Notes under the pieces: model-generated | Told to the model about the DNA's origin: nothing | Databases searched by the model: none | The model's input: only the letters and a program-made list of their open reading frames with translations | Translations under genes and position numbers: made by a program | Shown: positions 29,136 through 42,984 of the stretch, piece after piece | Position numbering within the stretch: position 1 is the first letter of the stretch | Layout: the number at the start of each line of letters is the position of its first letter | Assembly (NCBI GenBank): GCA_964016885.1 | Contig: OZ024740.1 | Location: 379,874,001 to 379,938,000 of the forward strand | Direction of reading: 5' to 3' | DNA from: Eledone cirrhosa | Lineage: Eukaryota | DNA length: 64,000 nt

Positions 29136-31393
29136 TGGATGAAGACGAACTCCCTTTAATCAATTGCAGAATTAACTTAATTTTAAATAATGTTATATCT
29201 TCTGACTGATTTGACCATATTTTCCCTTGTATATATTTTTCTCGATAAAACTTACTGGTATTGAGCTATGTCCCTTTATATTTTGAATACGGGAGTTGAC
29301 TTTGTTATTTAAAATTCTGAAATACCAATAAATTACTGGTCCCAATTTAATCGACCGTTCCTTTCCACAAAGTTTGTTTCCGTGCCTTTAGATTGTCTTT
29401 CATTTACTGTTGATATAACAAATTACCAGTGAAGTACTGCTGTCGGTTTAATAGACTAACTTCTCTTCTCAAAGTTTTAGCATTTATATGTTAAAAATTA
29501 TTGTTAGAGGCTCATTCATTAAATGTTATTATCACAGAAAATTACGAAAACCTTTAAATAACGTGGAATAAAGATATCTGAATGTTTTAATTAAACATAA
29601 TCACTAAACTTCAAGAAGTCTTGAGGTTCTCTGCGCGAGTTAAAAGATCCTTACCAGAAACATCAAACGTTTTTCTTTCGAATTTCAGAAACATATGTAT
29701 ATTCCGTTAATTTTATTTTCCATTCTTTTAGTATTATTTCTTACTCTCCCCTTTATTCATTGTAACTGCTACTTCATATTCTGGTCTTGCTGACAATACA
29801 ACTGCTTTTTAACAGTCCCTCATATATACTGTTTATTCTATGGATGTTGTGTGAAACCAACGATATTAAAATCCTTCATAATATACAATTTATCTTTATT
29901 GCCATATAACAACAATTTACGATCATCTAATTTTAGAATGGTGCCACCGATTACCACAACACGCTCATATCTTCTAGAGAGATAGTTAGTGTAATAATGA
30001 AAAAGAGAGAAGGAATGGAAAAGATAATCCGTAATGATTCTTAGTGATAAATATAATGAGAAAAATACAGGGTGATAAACAAGACACAGACAGATGGTGA
30101 ATAAATGTTATTTATTGACTCTTTGCACAGTTATAAAATCCGCATGTAACAACCTCAAAATAAAGAGATAAAAATATCAACTTTAATTATCTTTCACTTC
30201 GAAATATATCATCTCTGTACAAACTCTTACTACTCTTATGTTTTCTCTTTTCATTTATCTCGTAAATCTTATCGGACCACGCACAAGGCCTAAATTTTAA
30301 CAGGGGCTGGATATGAATTGTAATTTTTGATTTTAGAGTATGACATTTTAGATGGTTACATTTGCATATTTATTTAGATTTATTAGGGCGATATTTTAGC
30401 AGAATCGTTAGAGCGTTGGAAAAAATGAAAATAATTTGCATCGCAGTTAATAGATATCATTGAAAGATATTGTTAATTATATTAGCCAGTACTACAATGT
30501 GCTAGATATCGGTATAAGACAATCATATGCTTAAAGAATTTCATATATGGAATTAGCGATGGTTTACCATATTGCAAGAAAGAGAATTATTTAATGTAGC
30601 TTCATGCATTGAAGTCTGGAAAGCGCTTCAGTACATTAAAACTGTAGTAGCTAAAAAGGGAAATAAATTACTTTGCTGATATCAGTAAATGTACCCAAAT
30701 CACTTGTTCTATCCATTGTTCTATCGTTGGTCATTGATATTATATACTGTATGTAATGATATTAACACATAAGTGAATGTACCGAGAATTGCATGCTAGA
30801 ATTGAAAACAATAATCTATTCGTACGAGAAAACATGGAAACTTATATGTGACTTCATGATCTGCTAGAAATAGCAACCAAACCTCTCTCAATCAAGGAAG
30901 GGCACTTTGGAGATTGTAGCCCTGGATATATCAATAGGCCGAATGGTCATAGTTTGAACACCTTTGATCATAAATACTTTTGACCAAGGCTGACCAGGGG
31001 TTAAGTAAAAACAAATATTTACTCTGTTGAGAGCATTCAAATGAATTTGCGTTTTCTTTGATGCCTAAATTTCCAGACAGAAGTATTTATATATACGTGC
31101 TCTGGCACTACAAACAAAATAGCCAAGACGTCACAAGGGGCTCTCTATGTTGTCACTAGACTTATAAAAAATAACAGTGAATTCTGTCCCAAATTACACC
31201 ATACTGTATGAAAGAATGAAGGTCACAATGGATATTGAACTTCTAGTTACACAATAGCTGAGAAAGGAACGTAGTATTTATGATCATAACACGAGTCTGT
31301 TCAGTCAGTGCTATTGTGGGACTATAAAAGAACAAAACCAAGAACAAAGAAGAATACTTTAGTTAGTTTATCATTATTTGTCATCATCTCAGT

Positions 31394-31617
31394 GCAGTGG
31401 ACTGGCCGAGTCATTAGAGCGTCGAACAAATGCTTAGCAGTATTAGTTACGGTTCTTTACATTCTCAGTTCTATTTTCGCTGATATCGATTTTGTCTTAC
31501 ATCTTTCCATGGTCGATAGAATAATGAACTGGTGAAGGAATGTGTTCGAGTTTATAGATTTTAATCCCACACCCTCCCCCAAAATTGCTGGTCTTTTGCA
31601 AAATTAGAAACCATTAT
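31394..31617 (+). mobile_element. Diverged family-A SINE
   Basis: Degenerate head and core (CATCTTTCCATGGTCGATAGAATAATG), ending TTAGAAACCATTAT. Confidence 0.6.
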
Positions 31618-33467
31618 TTGTCATCAACCTGAAGGTGTTCATTCACAATCGAAGTAATTATTAAGAGAGCAAAGTATAGTTCGGTCTTTCACACGGTCTA
31701 TAAGTTCTCTCGTGTCCTAAAGTGCAAGATGGAACTTTTGAGGTCATTACCAAGAATCCACCAACATTATAGTATTTCTCTATTCCTTACTGCTACTCCA
31801 TGATGGATTTTTCTCAATTATAATCAGTATATTAAGACGCTCCTATTCCCTACCAATATTTTTTGCAATTCAACTCAGCATCCGCATATTCTCACATACT
31901 TACAAACACCAGAATGTGCACACCCATATATACATGCACACATATACACACAAGAAAGCTCCACCCCACAACTAAGCTTCTGAAGCACGCCGACTTTTAA
32001 TACCTCATTTACCCTACCACTTAATTGTAGTTATTTTTGCAGCCACTCAAGACAACTAAGATAATTAGTTCTGGTTTTATCCCCCAAATAACTGGTACTG
32101 GTGTTGCTTCTGGGGAAGCCCGTTGTTATTACCAAAGTATGTAATACTTTTGTTTCCACAGCTAAGATATTGAGTCTTGCGACATTTCTAAAATGGTCGA
32201 ATATCTAGATCTTGTTAACCACAGGTCTTTGTCGAAGATGCTTGTCTATGCTCGACTCCCTGTGCCCTTTATATATCTAATGTAAGGGCATTTGCTCCTT
32301 TTAATTAGAAAGCTATGTGCCAGCTAATGGAAACCATGCGGCACACCTCGATCTCTTCGTTTCTTCGGAGACTCCAATCCTCTTTTCCCAGTTTTATAAC
32401 TCTCTTGATCATTCTCAATACAGACATTGATCAGCAACAATGCAATCAATCTAAGAGCTTGGAGCTCCATATACATAAAAAATTCACATACTAGTGATCA
32501 AATGTTTGCTTGTCACTTAAGAAACTTCTTTTACCAAAGCTGTAATTAGTTGGGCTAACTCAATGACTTACTTCAAATGAGTCCTCTCTTGTATTGATTA
32601 ATTTCTTTTAATGTTCAGTTGAAATGCAAGTGACTCCAGTTATAGAAACTAATATGTAATTATCTTAAATGGTTTTAATGTTTAATATTTCGTCAATGTA
32701 TTACCAATTCCCCTAGGAAAGGACGTTATTTTGAAGTCTGCTTAAAAACACGGCCGTGGTGCAATAACAATGAGCCTATGATTCAATGAGGAGTTCAATA
32801 AGTTGTTGCTCAGTATTTGATTTTTTTTCTATTAGCTTAAGCTGGGTCTTTTACTAGTCAGCAGAAGAGTGAAATTATTACAGATCGTTAAAATGTTCGA
32901 GACATTAGGATTGTATATCAGTTTCATTCATTTAATGTTCAGCCATATTTTCTGAGCCAAAAAAAAAAAAAGGATTCAGGTAAGCGACATGTTCGATAGC
33001 TCACACAATTCAAGCTGCAAGATTGAAAAATAAATTTGGATTTGGATTTTAATGATAAACCATTCAATGTAATTATTCTCAGTAGCCCGTTTAAAGTAAC
33101 TATATATACTTACGTGAATTAAATATGCATTACTTTCGGAAGACAATAATTGATAACAATACCATCACACACCCTTTAAATTATCCTCTAGTATCTTAGT
33201 TAATACAAATAAGAATATCTGCAACAGTTACAACAACAGCAACAACTCTGCCTACTATCATATCCTACATTCCCATATCACCCATATCATCAAGTAGGTA
33301 ATATTTGTTCAGCAACTTTTAATTGCATGTGAATAATTAATTTTTGTTTAATTTGATGTTCAACTTGCATTGAATAAGGAATTCAAACTGATTTATTTCT
33401 CTCCGGATAAATGAATGACTTCAAAACGCTACAGTAATGATCTAGCCAAATCATTTTAGAGAGCATT

Positions 33468-33653
33468 CGTGGATTGGCAGTATCAGTAGAGGGTCGGACG
33501 CCATGCTTTCCAGCATAGTTACGTCCCTTTACGATCTGAGTTCAAATCCCGCCGAGGTTGACTTTGCCTTTCATCCTTACGGGGTCGATAAAAACAAAGT
33601 ACCAGTAATGCACTGGGTAATTGTTGGCCTTGTGCCTAAAGTAGAAACAATTA
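33468..33653 (+). mobile_element. SINE family A
   Basis: Full head, core and tail GGCCTTGTGCCTAAAGTAGAAACAATTA. Confidence 0.92.
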
Positions 33654-34755
33654 TATACCGACGACTGTCAAGTTAGATAGCTGAATGTTAAATCGTACAG
33701 CTGAAGCAATTATGTATTCTTAACAAATACATATGATATAATTAGATATTTTACAGCAGATAGCAATACTCAGTATTGCTTTCTGTTGACTATACACAAG
33801 TCCTTAACTTTATAGCGGAATTTTACTTGCCTTACGTCGTAAATGCCCCTTCTAGTTGAAATTAACAATATAAATGAAATGAAATGAGTTCAATTGAGAA
33901 CAGGAATATCATTACAGATTTAGTTTGTTAAGAGCTAGAATTGTAGCCTACACCATCCAAAGTGAAAATAATGTCTGGATGCTTTATTGAACAAGATCCG
34001 GAATTAGTTTATATATTTTATTCATGTTTTCTACTACTGCATTGCCTTCATAATTCCTTTTCATGGACATTTTAGATCCAACTTTTTCTCTCTTTTCTGT
34101 CTAACTTTATCACATCTGCTTCTAAAACACGACTGCATTAAATGCGTTAATAATAACTTATATATTAAATGAGATATATATTAACCATTCGCTTGAAAGG
34201 AAATAGAATATTTTGTATTTAGATTTTAATGATGACCATATTATTTACATTTGAACATATAGTTGTCCCAGCGCAGCTAATTACACTGATAATTGGTCAC
34301 TATAATTATCGGCGTTGGGACCACTATATTTTCAAATGTAAACAATATTTTTTTTCTTAGAAGCAAATGATTAATATATATCTCCTAATTGATCACTATT
34401 CTGGTAATTGATCTTTATTCTCTGTAGAGCTGTTCTGATAGAGAACGGGTCGCAGATGGCGGATAGTAATACGGCCACCAGATATGATGGTTATTTGTGA
34501 TATGAGCCGACAGCTGCCAGACGAATAAGCAACAGCAGGCCAAACAGTGGTAAACTACTAGGGAAAATAGAGCAATGGGTGACACATATAGCTCCCAAGA
34601 AAATTCTCACATCTCTGTGATTTAGCTATGACGAGGCGAGTAAAATCCGCCTCTAAAAATGCCTAGTCCTCGCGTGTGTTAAAAAGTGCCGGCTTGGTGA
34701 CTGGCGCGAATAAGACCACCAAAACAGAAATATGGTGAGAGGTATGAAAAAAACT

Positions 34756-34947
34756 AATTATTTCTACTTTTGGCACAAGGCCAGCAATTACCCATAGCAT
34801 TACTGGTACTTTATTTTATGGACCCCGTAAGGATGAAAGGCAAAGTTAACCTCGGCGGGATTTGAACTCAAAATGGCAAGGGTCGTAACTCTATGCGTCA
34901 AAGCATGGTGTCCGACTCTCTACCGATACTGCTAATGCCCCGCCCCT
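34756..34947 (-). mobile_element. SINE family A nested in the RTE 5' UTR
   Basis: Full family-A consensus on the minus strand, absent from the homologous UTR at 11560-11680. Confidence 0.92.
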
Positions 34948-35102
34948 AAAAAAGAATAATAAAACATCATCCTTCACGTGGGTAACAAGGAACGCGTTCA
35001 GGCCTTAGGTAGAGGGGCCTGTTCGAAAAATATATTGTAGTTTTCATTTCATACAAAAAGAAAACTTGCGATGGGCCCGCGACCTGCCCTGGGAGGCATG
35101 GG

Positions 35103-37877
35103 ATGGACACACAAAGATTGCGAGTCTCGGGACCCCCAAAAGGGTTCAGAAGGGAACACACATTGACAATTGAAACTTGGAACATCACAAACCTTACAAG
35201 TAAGGAGCAGGAACTAGTGGAGGAGGCTACATGCGTCAAGCTAGTTATAGTTAGGATTTTTTCAACAAAGTTCCTTGGCTCTGGTACAATAGGTTTGAAT
35301 GGAGGAAACTCCACTATTCAGGTGTCTCCAGAAGTTATTCTACAGGCGGGAGTGGAGATACACTCAAGCCTCCGGTTGTCAGAATGTGTTATGGACTGGA
35401 TCCCATTAAGATGGAGGATTTGTCTCTTGAAGCCTACTCTGTGGGTGGTGCAAGTTTATTCACCAAACAAGGCAACCCTTAATACAGGTCTTTCCTTGAT
35501 GAAGTCACTGCAGCAATAGATGGGAGACTTCAATGCAAATCTTGGCACTGACCACCTGACATGGAAAGGAGTGCCTGGAAGGAACGGCGATCCCCATCTC
35601 AATACGAATGAAGTGGCCGTATAAGACTTCTGTTCTAGCAATGGGCTCTTTATTATTAACACGTTCTTCTAGCACAGACACATCCTTAAATATACATGGT
35701 TTAAGAAAATCAGGGAGAGAGATCAATAATTGAATTTGTTACTGTCTGATCTCTTCGATTCTGTGCTGGATGTTCGTGTTAAGAGAGAGCCTCAGCTGTC
35801 AACTGATCATCATCTAGTTATCCACAACTTGAAACTACCTAAAGCTAAAGAAACTCACAATAAAATGACAGGTCCAGGTCGATCTACAGGATAAAGTGGG
35901 AACCGTTGGTGGATAAGGAAGTCAGGACGAGGTATGCAAATACTGTTGCATCGAAATTCAGAGAACACCCTGAGCAAACGGTGGACGTTTAAACGGAGTG
36001 GAAATTGTTCATCTCGGCAATTTCTGCTTCAGATGTTAAATGCTGCGGGCGAAAGAGGCTTCGTGTGGGGCCGGATGACGCCTTCGTTCACTCAAAAGGG
36101 CAAAGATGCTATCCTAGAAAAAAAATACAGGCTTACAAAGCTTGGCTCGGAAATAAGTCCTCTGTATTGCACATGCGGTGGAAGCAGGTACGAAGAATCC
36201 CAACAGAGACAGTAAAGGCGGTTAAAGTTAACACATGGGAAGACAGTGGGGTTAAGCTGGAATCCGACTTCATATCAACAAATAAAGTGTTCTGGTAAAC
36301 CATCCGCTTACTTTGTAAAAAGAAACCCTCCTCCACACCTGTTATAAGGAATGTGCCTGGGGTTCTATTCTCTACAAAGAGGTGAATCCTCGCGAGTTGG
36401 AGAGAATACTTTGCTGATCTAAACCAGATCACAACAGCATCCTCTGATGAATATGGGGTGCATATGCGAGCGATGACTAATCTATCGGAGGCTGAGGTTA
36501 CAAGAGCAATTAAAGTATTCAAATGTGGCAAGGCCATTGCAGAGGATGACATTCGAGCCGAAATGTTAAAAACTTTAAATAGAGAAGGTATTCTCTGGCC
36601 AACTCGAGTCGGTCGGGGGGCCTGGATCTCTGAAAAGACACCTAAACAATGGCAATCAGGAGTGATAATTCCAATTTTCAAAAGTTGGGACAAGAGGGAT
36701 TGCTCCAATTATAGAGGTATGTCCTTGTTAAGCCTCTCCGGTAACGTCTATGCTAAGTGTCTGGAAAGAGTTCTAGGGATACTGTTGAGTCCAAGCTAAC
36801 TGATGAACAGTGCGGTTTTAGCCCTGGACGCAGCACAGCCAACCAAATATTCACACTACGGGAGAATTCGTGGAGTACTGCCAAGAGGTGTATTCCTGCT
36901 TTGTAGACCTCGAAAAGGCATACGACTGCGGAAGGTTCTGCAGGTGTATAGGAATGCGAGTCAGCTTTTTGTTGTCCTGATGTCTCTAGCTGAATATCCG
37001 AGTATTTGTGTTCGGATAAATGGTGCTAAAGCAAAAGCATATGGTAGTCGAACTCCACCAAGGGTTTCACACCCAGTTCATTATTTTCACGAACAGGATT
37101 GACATACGGAGCCGGGTTGTAAATGGTGTCACAAAGCAGGTGTAGAATCAGTCAGCTGGAATTTGCAGACGACATGTTATTGCTTAACTCGAGGGAAGGT
37201 GATCTCCGACTTGTACCTGATAGGTTTAATGGTTGGAATGAAAATTAGTGCTGCGAAAGCTCAGACATTGTGCACTCTACAGGGTAATGGAGTTTCCACT
37301 GAGGTAGGTGGAAACGTTCAAGTATCTCGGAGCCGTGTTCACGAGCCATACAAGGCGAGAGGCTGAATTAAGTGCAAGTCTTGCAGGAGCTGGTGCAGTA
37401 ATGCGCCAGCTTCCGCATACGGTAATCAGAAGAAGGGAGGTAGGTGTAATAGCCAAACTCGCTATTTTCAATTCGGTAGTCGTGTCAACCGTTATCTATG
37501 GTTATGAATATTTGATAATGACCGAAAGAATAAGAAATGGGGTTCCTCCAAAGACCCTTTGGAGTAACGTTACTCGATAATAGAGTGCGCAGCTCGGAGA
37601 TCAGAGAATCGCTCCTGATAGAGTCACTACTTTTCCGAATTGAGAGTACACAGCTCCGATACTATGGACATGTGGTTGAACTGTCTCAGGAGAGTATCGC
37701 TGAACAGATTTTACGTGCAAAACCAACCGGCAGGAGACAAAGTGGTAGAGTCCGAGCAAAATGATTGGATAACATCCATGAGCTCGGCTGGTCTCGATTG
37801 GATATCCAGCCGGATCAGTTGGAAACGGTTGCTTCTGACAGGACCCACTGGAAGGAGTGCTTGAAGACTCTTCCCCC
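35103..37877 (+). pseudogene. APE endonuclease-reverse transcriptase ORF of RTE LINE, with multiple stops and frameshifts
   Basis: TWNI, GDFN, TDHHLV, NYRGMSLLS, EQCGFSPGRST, FADD, FKYLG and LRYYGHV...GRR motifs. Confidence 0.92.
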
Positions 37878-39049
37878 AAGAAGAAGAAGAAGAAGAAGAA
37901 GAAGAAGAAGAAGAAGAAGAAGAAGAAGAAGAATTGACCACTATAAATAATAGTTTAAAAATCGGGTAAAGTGGACAGTTACGCCTGCAATGAACCTAAC
38001 CTCGCATCTCTCTGATCCTGGGCGACTGCTTTAACTATTATGCTAAAGGGATTTGCCGGGTTTTATTTCCAAAAGTTTTAAGCCTGTAGCTCGAATGAGA
38101 ACAACTGGTCGGAGTATTGAAAATTTCAAATTAAAAAATGTATTGGTCCAAAAGCGGATTAGTTTGTTTTGATCTTAGAAATAAAAAAAATAAAACACTT
38201 TTTTTTTTGTTACACATCTTTAAACAATTTGTTGTGGATACTACAATGAACTATCGTTTCACATCTTATTGCACACAGTGTTTTACTTATCAGAAAACCT
38301 TTATCAATGAGAATTCATAGGTCGCTGTTGATTGTAGTTTCTTGCATATTCTACTCATACACGACGCTATCATAAAAGAAATAGGTTTGTCAGGAATTAC
38401 ATAGGTTGTATGTTTTAACAGAATCTTAGATTCACAAATACAAATTCTTCTGTCCAGTGTAGCGTTAACGTTTGTAATGTTTTACACAGCAGGTCTGAAG
38501 ATATATCATTAGGAAAATAGATCTGAACATCTGACAGCTGCAGTTGATAAGAATCTCTGACCTCAACTATTTTTACATAAGCTGATGGCTAGGATGCAGC
38601 ATAATGAATAGTTATTAAATTGCCTCAGCATGACCACAACATTCTGAGTGGGACCAGCAACAGAATAAGAAAGCATTCTGTACACTCAAGTATAATTCTG
38701 TTCTGTGCATGTAATAAATAATCAGTTCTTTGACTATACATGCTTAGAATATATTTTAACGATTCATAATATGCAATAAACTTTACGAGAAATTGCGTAA
38801 TACGACGTCTGCAACATCATGAAAACAGTCGCCCACCATACCAAGAATTGGTGCAAGTTGAGTGCTGAAAGAATCTGAATATGGTTTTAAAGAACTCATT
38901 TGAAATTGAATTCATGTCTTGTATCGTTTCTGACTAGTGGGTGGGGTTGATTGTAGGAGTAATGATTTGCGATTTTTTTAGTTAGTCGATAGCATCGGTT
39001 TGGTGTAGATATGTTTATGTTCAAGTTAAAGCAATTCATGCTCGTAGTC

Positions 39050-39112
<63 letters not shown>

Positions 39113-39273
39113 TCTCTCTCTCTCTCTCGCTCTCTCCCTCTCTCTCTCCCTCTCTCCCCCCCTCTCTCTCCCTCTCTCCCCCCCTCTCTCTCTCTCTCTT
39201 TATATATATATATATATATATATATAATAGAAAAAACAAGTAAGTTTCGTTTACACATGAAAAATATTTATTG

Positions 39274-39379
39274 CGTATCAAGCTGTTACGCGCATTTCGC
39301 AGAGGATTGGCTCAAGGTGACCCATAGGAGTTATGGACCCCGACTCCAGTATCGATCTGCTCCTCAGACTGGTGATACG
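39274..39379 (-). ncRNA. Type I hammerhead with canonical core and ~50-nt insertion in stem II
   Basis: Minus strand reads CGTATCA-CCA-GT-CTGAGGA-GCAGA-(52 nt)-TCTGC-GAAA-TGCGCG-TA-AC-AGCT-TGATACG, followed by AATAAA. It sits within a ~155-bp island between (TA)n arrays. Confidence 0.8.
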
Positions 39380-39381
39380 AC

Positions 39382-39539
<158 letters not shown>

Positions 39540-40179
39540 GGAATAAATGAAACGAAATTTCATTTCTCACTCTTAGTACGGCTTTTACTTAAATATAAGT
39601 ATGTATACGTACATACATATATGTATACAGACGTACAGTAGTATGTATATGTATATATACATACATGCACACATATATATATATGTACGTATTGATTCAC
39701 CGAACATTTATTATAATGCTCGGTGTGTTTGTAAACAAACATCCCGAATTAAGCCGTAGTGTCTAGCAACCAGCCGTACTAAGAGTGAGAAATGAAATTT
39801 CGTTTCATTTTTTCCTTTTATCGTTTTCGGTACCCCGGCTGATTAACTCACTCGATATGCAAATTAGGCTGGTCAGCCGTTAATATGTATAAGGAAAGTA
39901 TATACTTTCAGACGTTCAACCATCTGGCAGGAAGGTATACGATGCTGACGATAGCTAATAAGCTTGAAACTAGTACAGCGTTCCTTTGTCAGTGTTGAAC
40001 AAATGAGCAACGATGGTTGCTAGACACTGTACGGCTTAATTCGGGATGTTTGTTTACAAACACACCGAGCATTATAATAAATGTTCGGTGAATCCATACG
40101 TACATATATATATGTGTGCATGTATGTATATATATATATACATACTACTGTACGTCTGTATACATATATGTATGTACGT

Positions 40180-40185
<6 letters not shown>
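39540..40185. mobile_element. Penelope-type pLTR insertion with interleaved inverted repeats A-B-A'-HHR-B'
   Basis: A is 39540-39584 / 39773-39815 and B is 39598-39772 / 40014-40185, flanked by (TA)n. Confidence 0.8.
39939..39981 (+). ncRNA. Minimal type I hammerhead with palindromic stem III
   Basis: ACGATG-CTGACGA-TAGCT-AATA-AGCTT-GAAA-CTAG-TA-CAGCGT, with an ACTAGT palindrome and distal stem I AGGAA/TTCCT. Confidence 0.8.
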
Positions 40186-40252
<67 letters not shown>

Positions 40253-41954
40253 CATCTATAAAAGTATGTATGTAAGTATGTATGAATGTATGTATGTATG
40301 AAAGTAAGTGTGTGTCTGTGTGTGTGTATTAGCTAAGTACATAAAACGTTAGGACCGAAACCAAATATTACATATTTAATTTCGCGTCGTAGTACCTCTA
40401 TTATTTCATGAAAATGTATCACTAAAACAAAGAAACCATTTCAATTCTTAACCTCCCACTGATCTGGTGGAGTGCTTTTGACACATCATGACACCAGCTG
40501 ATAGCTTTTGGTGGTGTTCTGTGTAACTAGATATTTTTCTCAATATTTCTGATTAACTCTTTATAAATATCTTCTAAATTCTATATTGTGTTATATCATT
40601 TCGGGAGTATTATGCATGTCAGATTCATATAATTACAGCAAGAGTTTCTATTAATTCTTTTAAATTTTAATTCATAGAGAGCATGGAATGAATGAGAAAT
40701 TGTAACGTTGATTGATAGTATTGTAATTAATATTCATTTTATCAATTATATTTTCTAAAAAATAAAACATTCAATGTGTAAATTGATTCAACTGTGTCAA
40801 AGACAAGCACAAATGTGAACAAATATTGAAATAAGTGAAGTAAATTAATAGGCAGCTATATTATGTCATGTAACTTTGAGGATTCAGCGTCTTATTTCTT
40901 AAATATCTGGTGTTAATTTCCCCCTTTCAGATCATCAAACGGACATGACTTAATTTTTAAAGCGTTTAAAATGTAAACGTGGATAAAAAAAAATGTTGAA
41001 GTTATTTCAGATACAACAGAAAAAAAAAAACTATAACAGATTTGTAGTTTCTTTGACATCTAGGACCATGAATACCTCTGTTAAGCTGATATTTGCGCAC
41101 CAGATCTGCTAGAAATAACAGCCAAACTTTCTTTAAATCTCACCCTATAATATATAAACATTAGGATAATATAATAATGTAGTGCTATATACACTATGAC
41201 TCATAAAAAGAGATGGTGATAGCTAGAACGGTTTTGTTTAAGTCTGTTCAACAAAGACATTAATGATAACAAGAAGAACAAAACTGTGCTTATCTATAAT
41301 TTTGTTGTGTTAATGGATGAGATTAATCTCCATCCTGCATAAGGATGCAAGCCCAATCGCTGATAAATATTAATGTTAATGGACTGGATTCGTTACAAGG
41401 CAACATACCATTCCTCTATTTCGCAGTGCACTTGACTTTACTGTAATGAATCATACAATCCACGGTGGCATTTTATAACTAGTTAAATCAGCAAAGGTGC
41501 CTCAACGTGATCGCTCGATCTACAAGAAATAGAAGCGAAATTCCCCTAAAACTACTCTTAACTATATTAAAAAAAGAGGAATTGAACAATATAATTCTAG
41601 ATGCAATATGTCTGAAAAACCAACGTGGGATTTTCACGATTAGAATCCCTCAGTCATATGTTTGGTTGATTAGATATCTAGGACTAAACAACAGCGTGGA
41701 GCATAAAGGACTTCGTCAATCTCTTTGGTTGTTGTTTAGATCGAGATCTCTGATCGATTAGATGTGCGATCAAAAAGTATTCCGTCGTCACTATTCGACT
41801 TTTCTTTTTTCTTTTCAGATATTGTATCTGGATCTCATTATCAATGCGTTTCTTTGCTAATGTGATAGAGAGTGATTTGTCAGAGATTTTACTATTATGT
41901 CGAGCAGTTTGAGAACCCATGTAGAATCATCCTTGTTGGTTGCCTCTTACACTC

Positions 41955-42230
41955 TCGACTCGGAATTCCACAGTGACCTACGTGATGCAGTCGTAGGAGT
42001 GCCGTAGTGATATACTGCATGTCTTTGGTACTTTAAATCTGGTGGATCCAATCCCCTCTCCTGGTCAGAGAAAGAGAAAGAGATAATAAGAGAGATAGAG
42101 GAAGAATCCACTCCAGCACTGAGCTCACCTTTTTGTTGATCTCGATGGAACTTGATCTCAGAGAGCAGAAAGCCGGGACGAATACAGCAAAGTATTGTAG
42201 CCCATGTTCTAATGACTACCAATTTGCCTC
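41955..42230 (-). mobile_element. Old SINE with GC-rich tail (third copy)
   Basis: Minus strand reads CCAGGAGAGGGGATTGGATCCACCAG...TACGGCACTCCTACGACT, preceded by a degenerate tRNA-like head. Confidence 0.55.
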
Positions 42231-42802
42231 ATACACTAAGACTATTACAAGAAGCAAATATGTATAGAAGACAAAAATGAGATCAAGCCAAGAAATGTGT
42301 GGATGGATAATATGAAAAATGATTGAGATGTATCTCATATGTAGTAACAATGTAAAAGAGAATGAATGTCTAGATTAGTCCACACTCTAGATAAAGCCAA
42401 AAATTAAGTTAAAATTCAAGTTCAGCGTTAACAAGTTCCTATTGTATTTCATTGAATGACTAGACAGATCAATGAACATAACTCTTCAACAAATGGTATA
42501 CAAGAAACTAATAAAATGGAATTTCATTAGGACACCTAAAGGGAGAGAACAAAAAGCCTACAAAAAGCCTACAAATCAAATATATACCGCAGACCTTTGG
42601 GCTTTAACTTTGGGCTACACTTCAGGTTTACATTGTCACTATTTATATTGTCAGGTTTATATTTGTAACTTTGAGGCAAATGAATTAATAGATTTCACAA
42701 TTATACTGTATTTTGAAAACAATCATATGCAAGACCACGTCAGCATTATTACAAAGAAGAAATAGGATGTTGAATCATATACGATCTCTCTATTTATCTT
42801 AA

Positions 42803-42984
42803 GGGCGGTGGTTTGGCAGCATCGGAAGAGCGCCAGACACCATGCTTTGTAGCATAGTTATGGCCTTTTGCGTTTTGAGTTCAAATCCGCCGAGGTTAAC
42901 TTTGCCTTTCATCCTTACGAGGTCGATAAAATAAAGTACCAATGATGAACTGGGTAATCGCTGGCCTTGTGCCAAAAGTAGAAA
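42803..42984 (+). mobile_element. SINE family A with 17-bp TSD
   Basis: TSD CTCTATTTATCTTAAGG at 42788-42804 / 42985-43001. Confidence 0.95.

Larger units (their letters stand above)
34400..37931 (+). mobile_element. Full-length RTE-clade LINE (dead), with (AAG)n tail and TSD
   Basis: TSD AATTGA(T/C)CACTAT at 34387-34399 / 37932-37944, a ~700-bp 5' UTR, APE and RT motifs, and an (AAG)n tail at 37878-37931. Confidence 0.92.

Noticed and set aside
33468-33560. tRNA genes at the SINE heads
   Set aside because: A/B boxes are present, but there is no closed cloverleaf and they continue into SINE core and tail.
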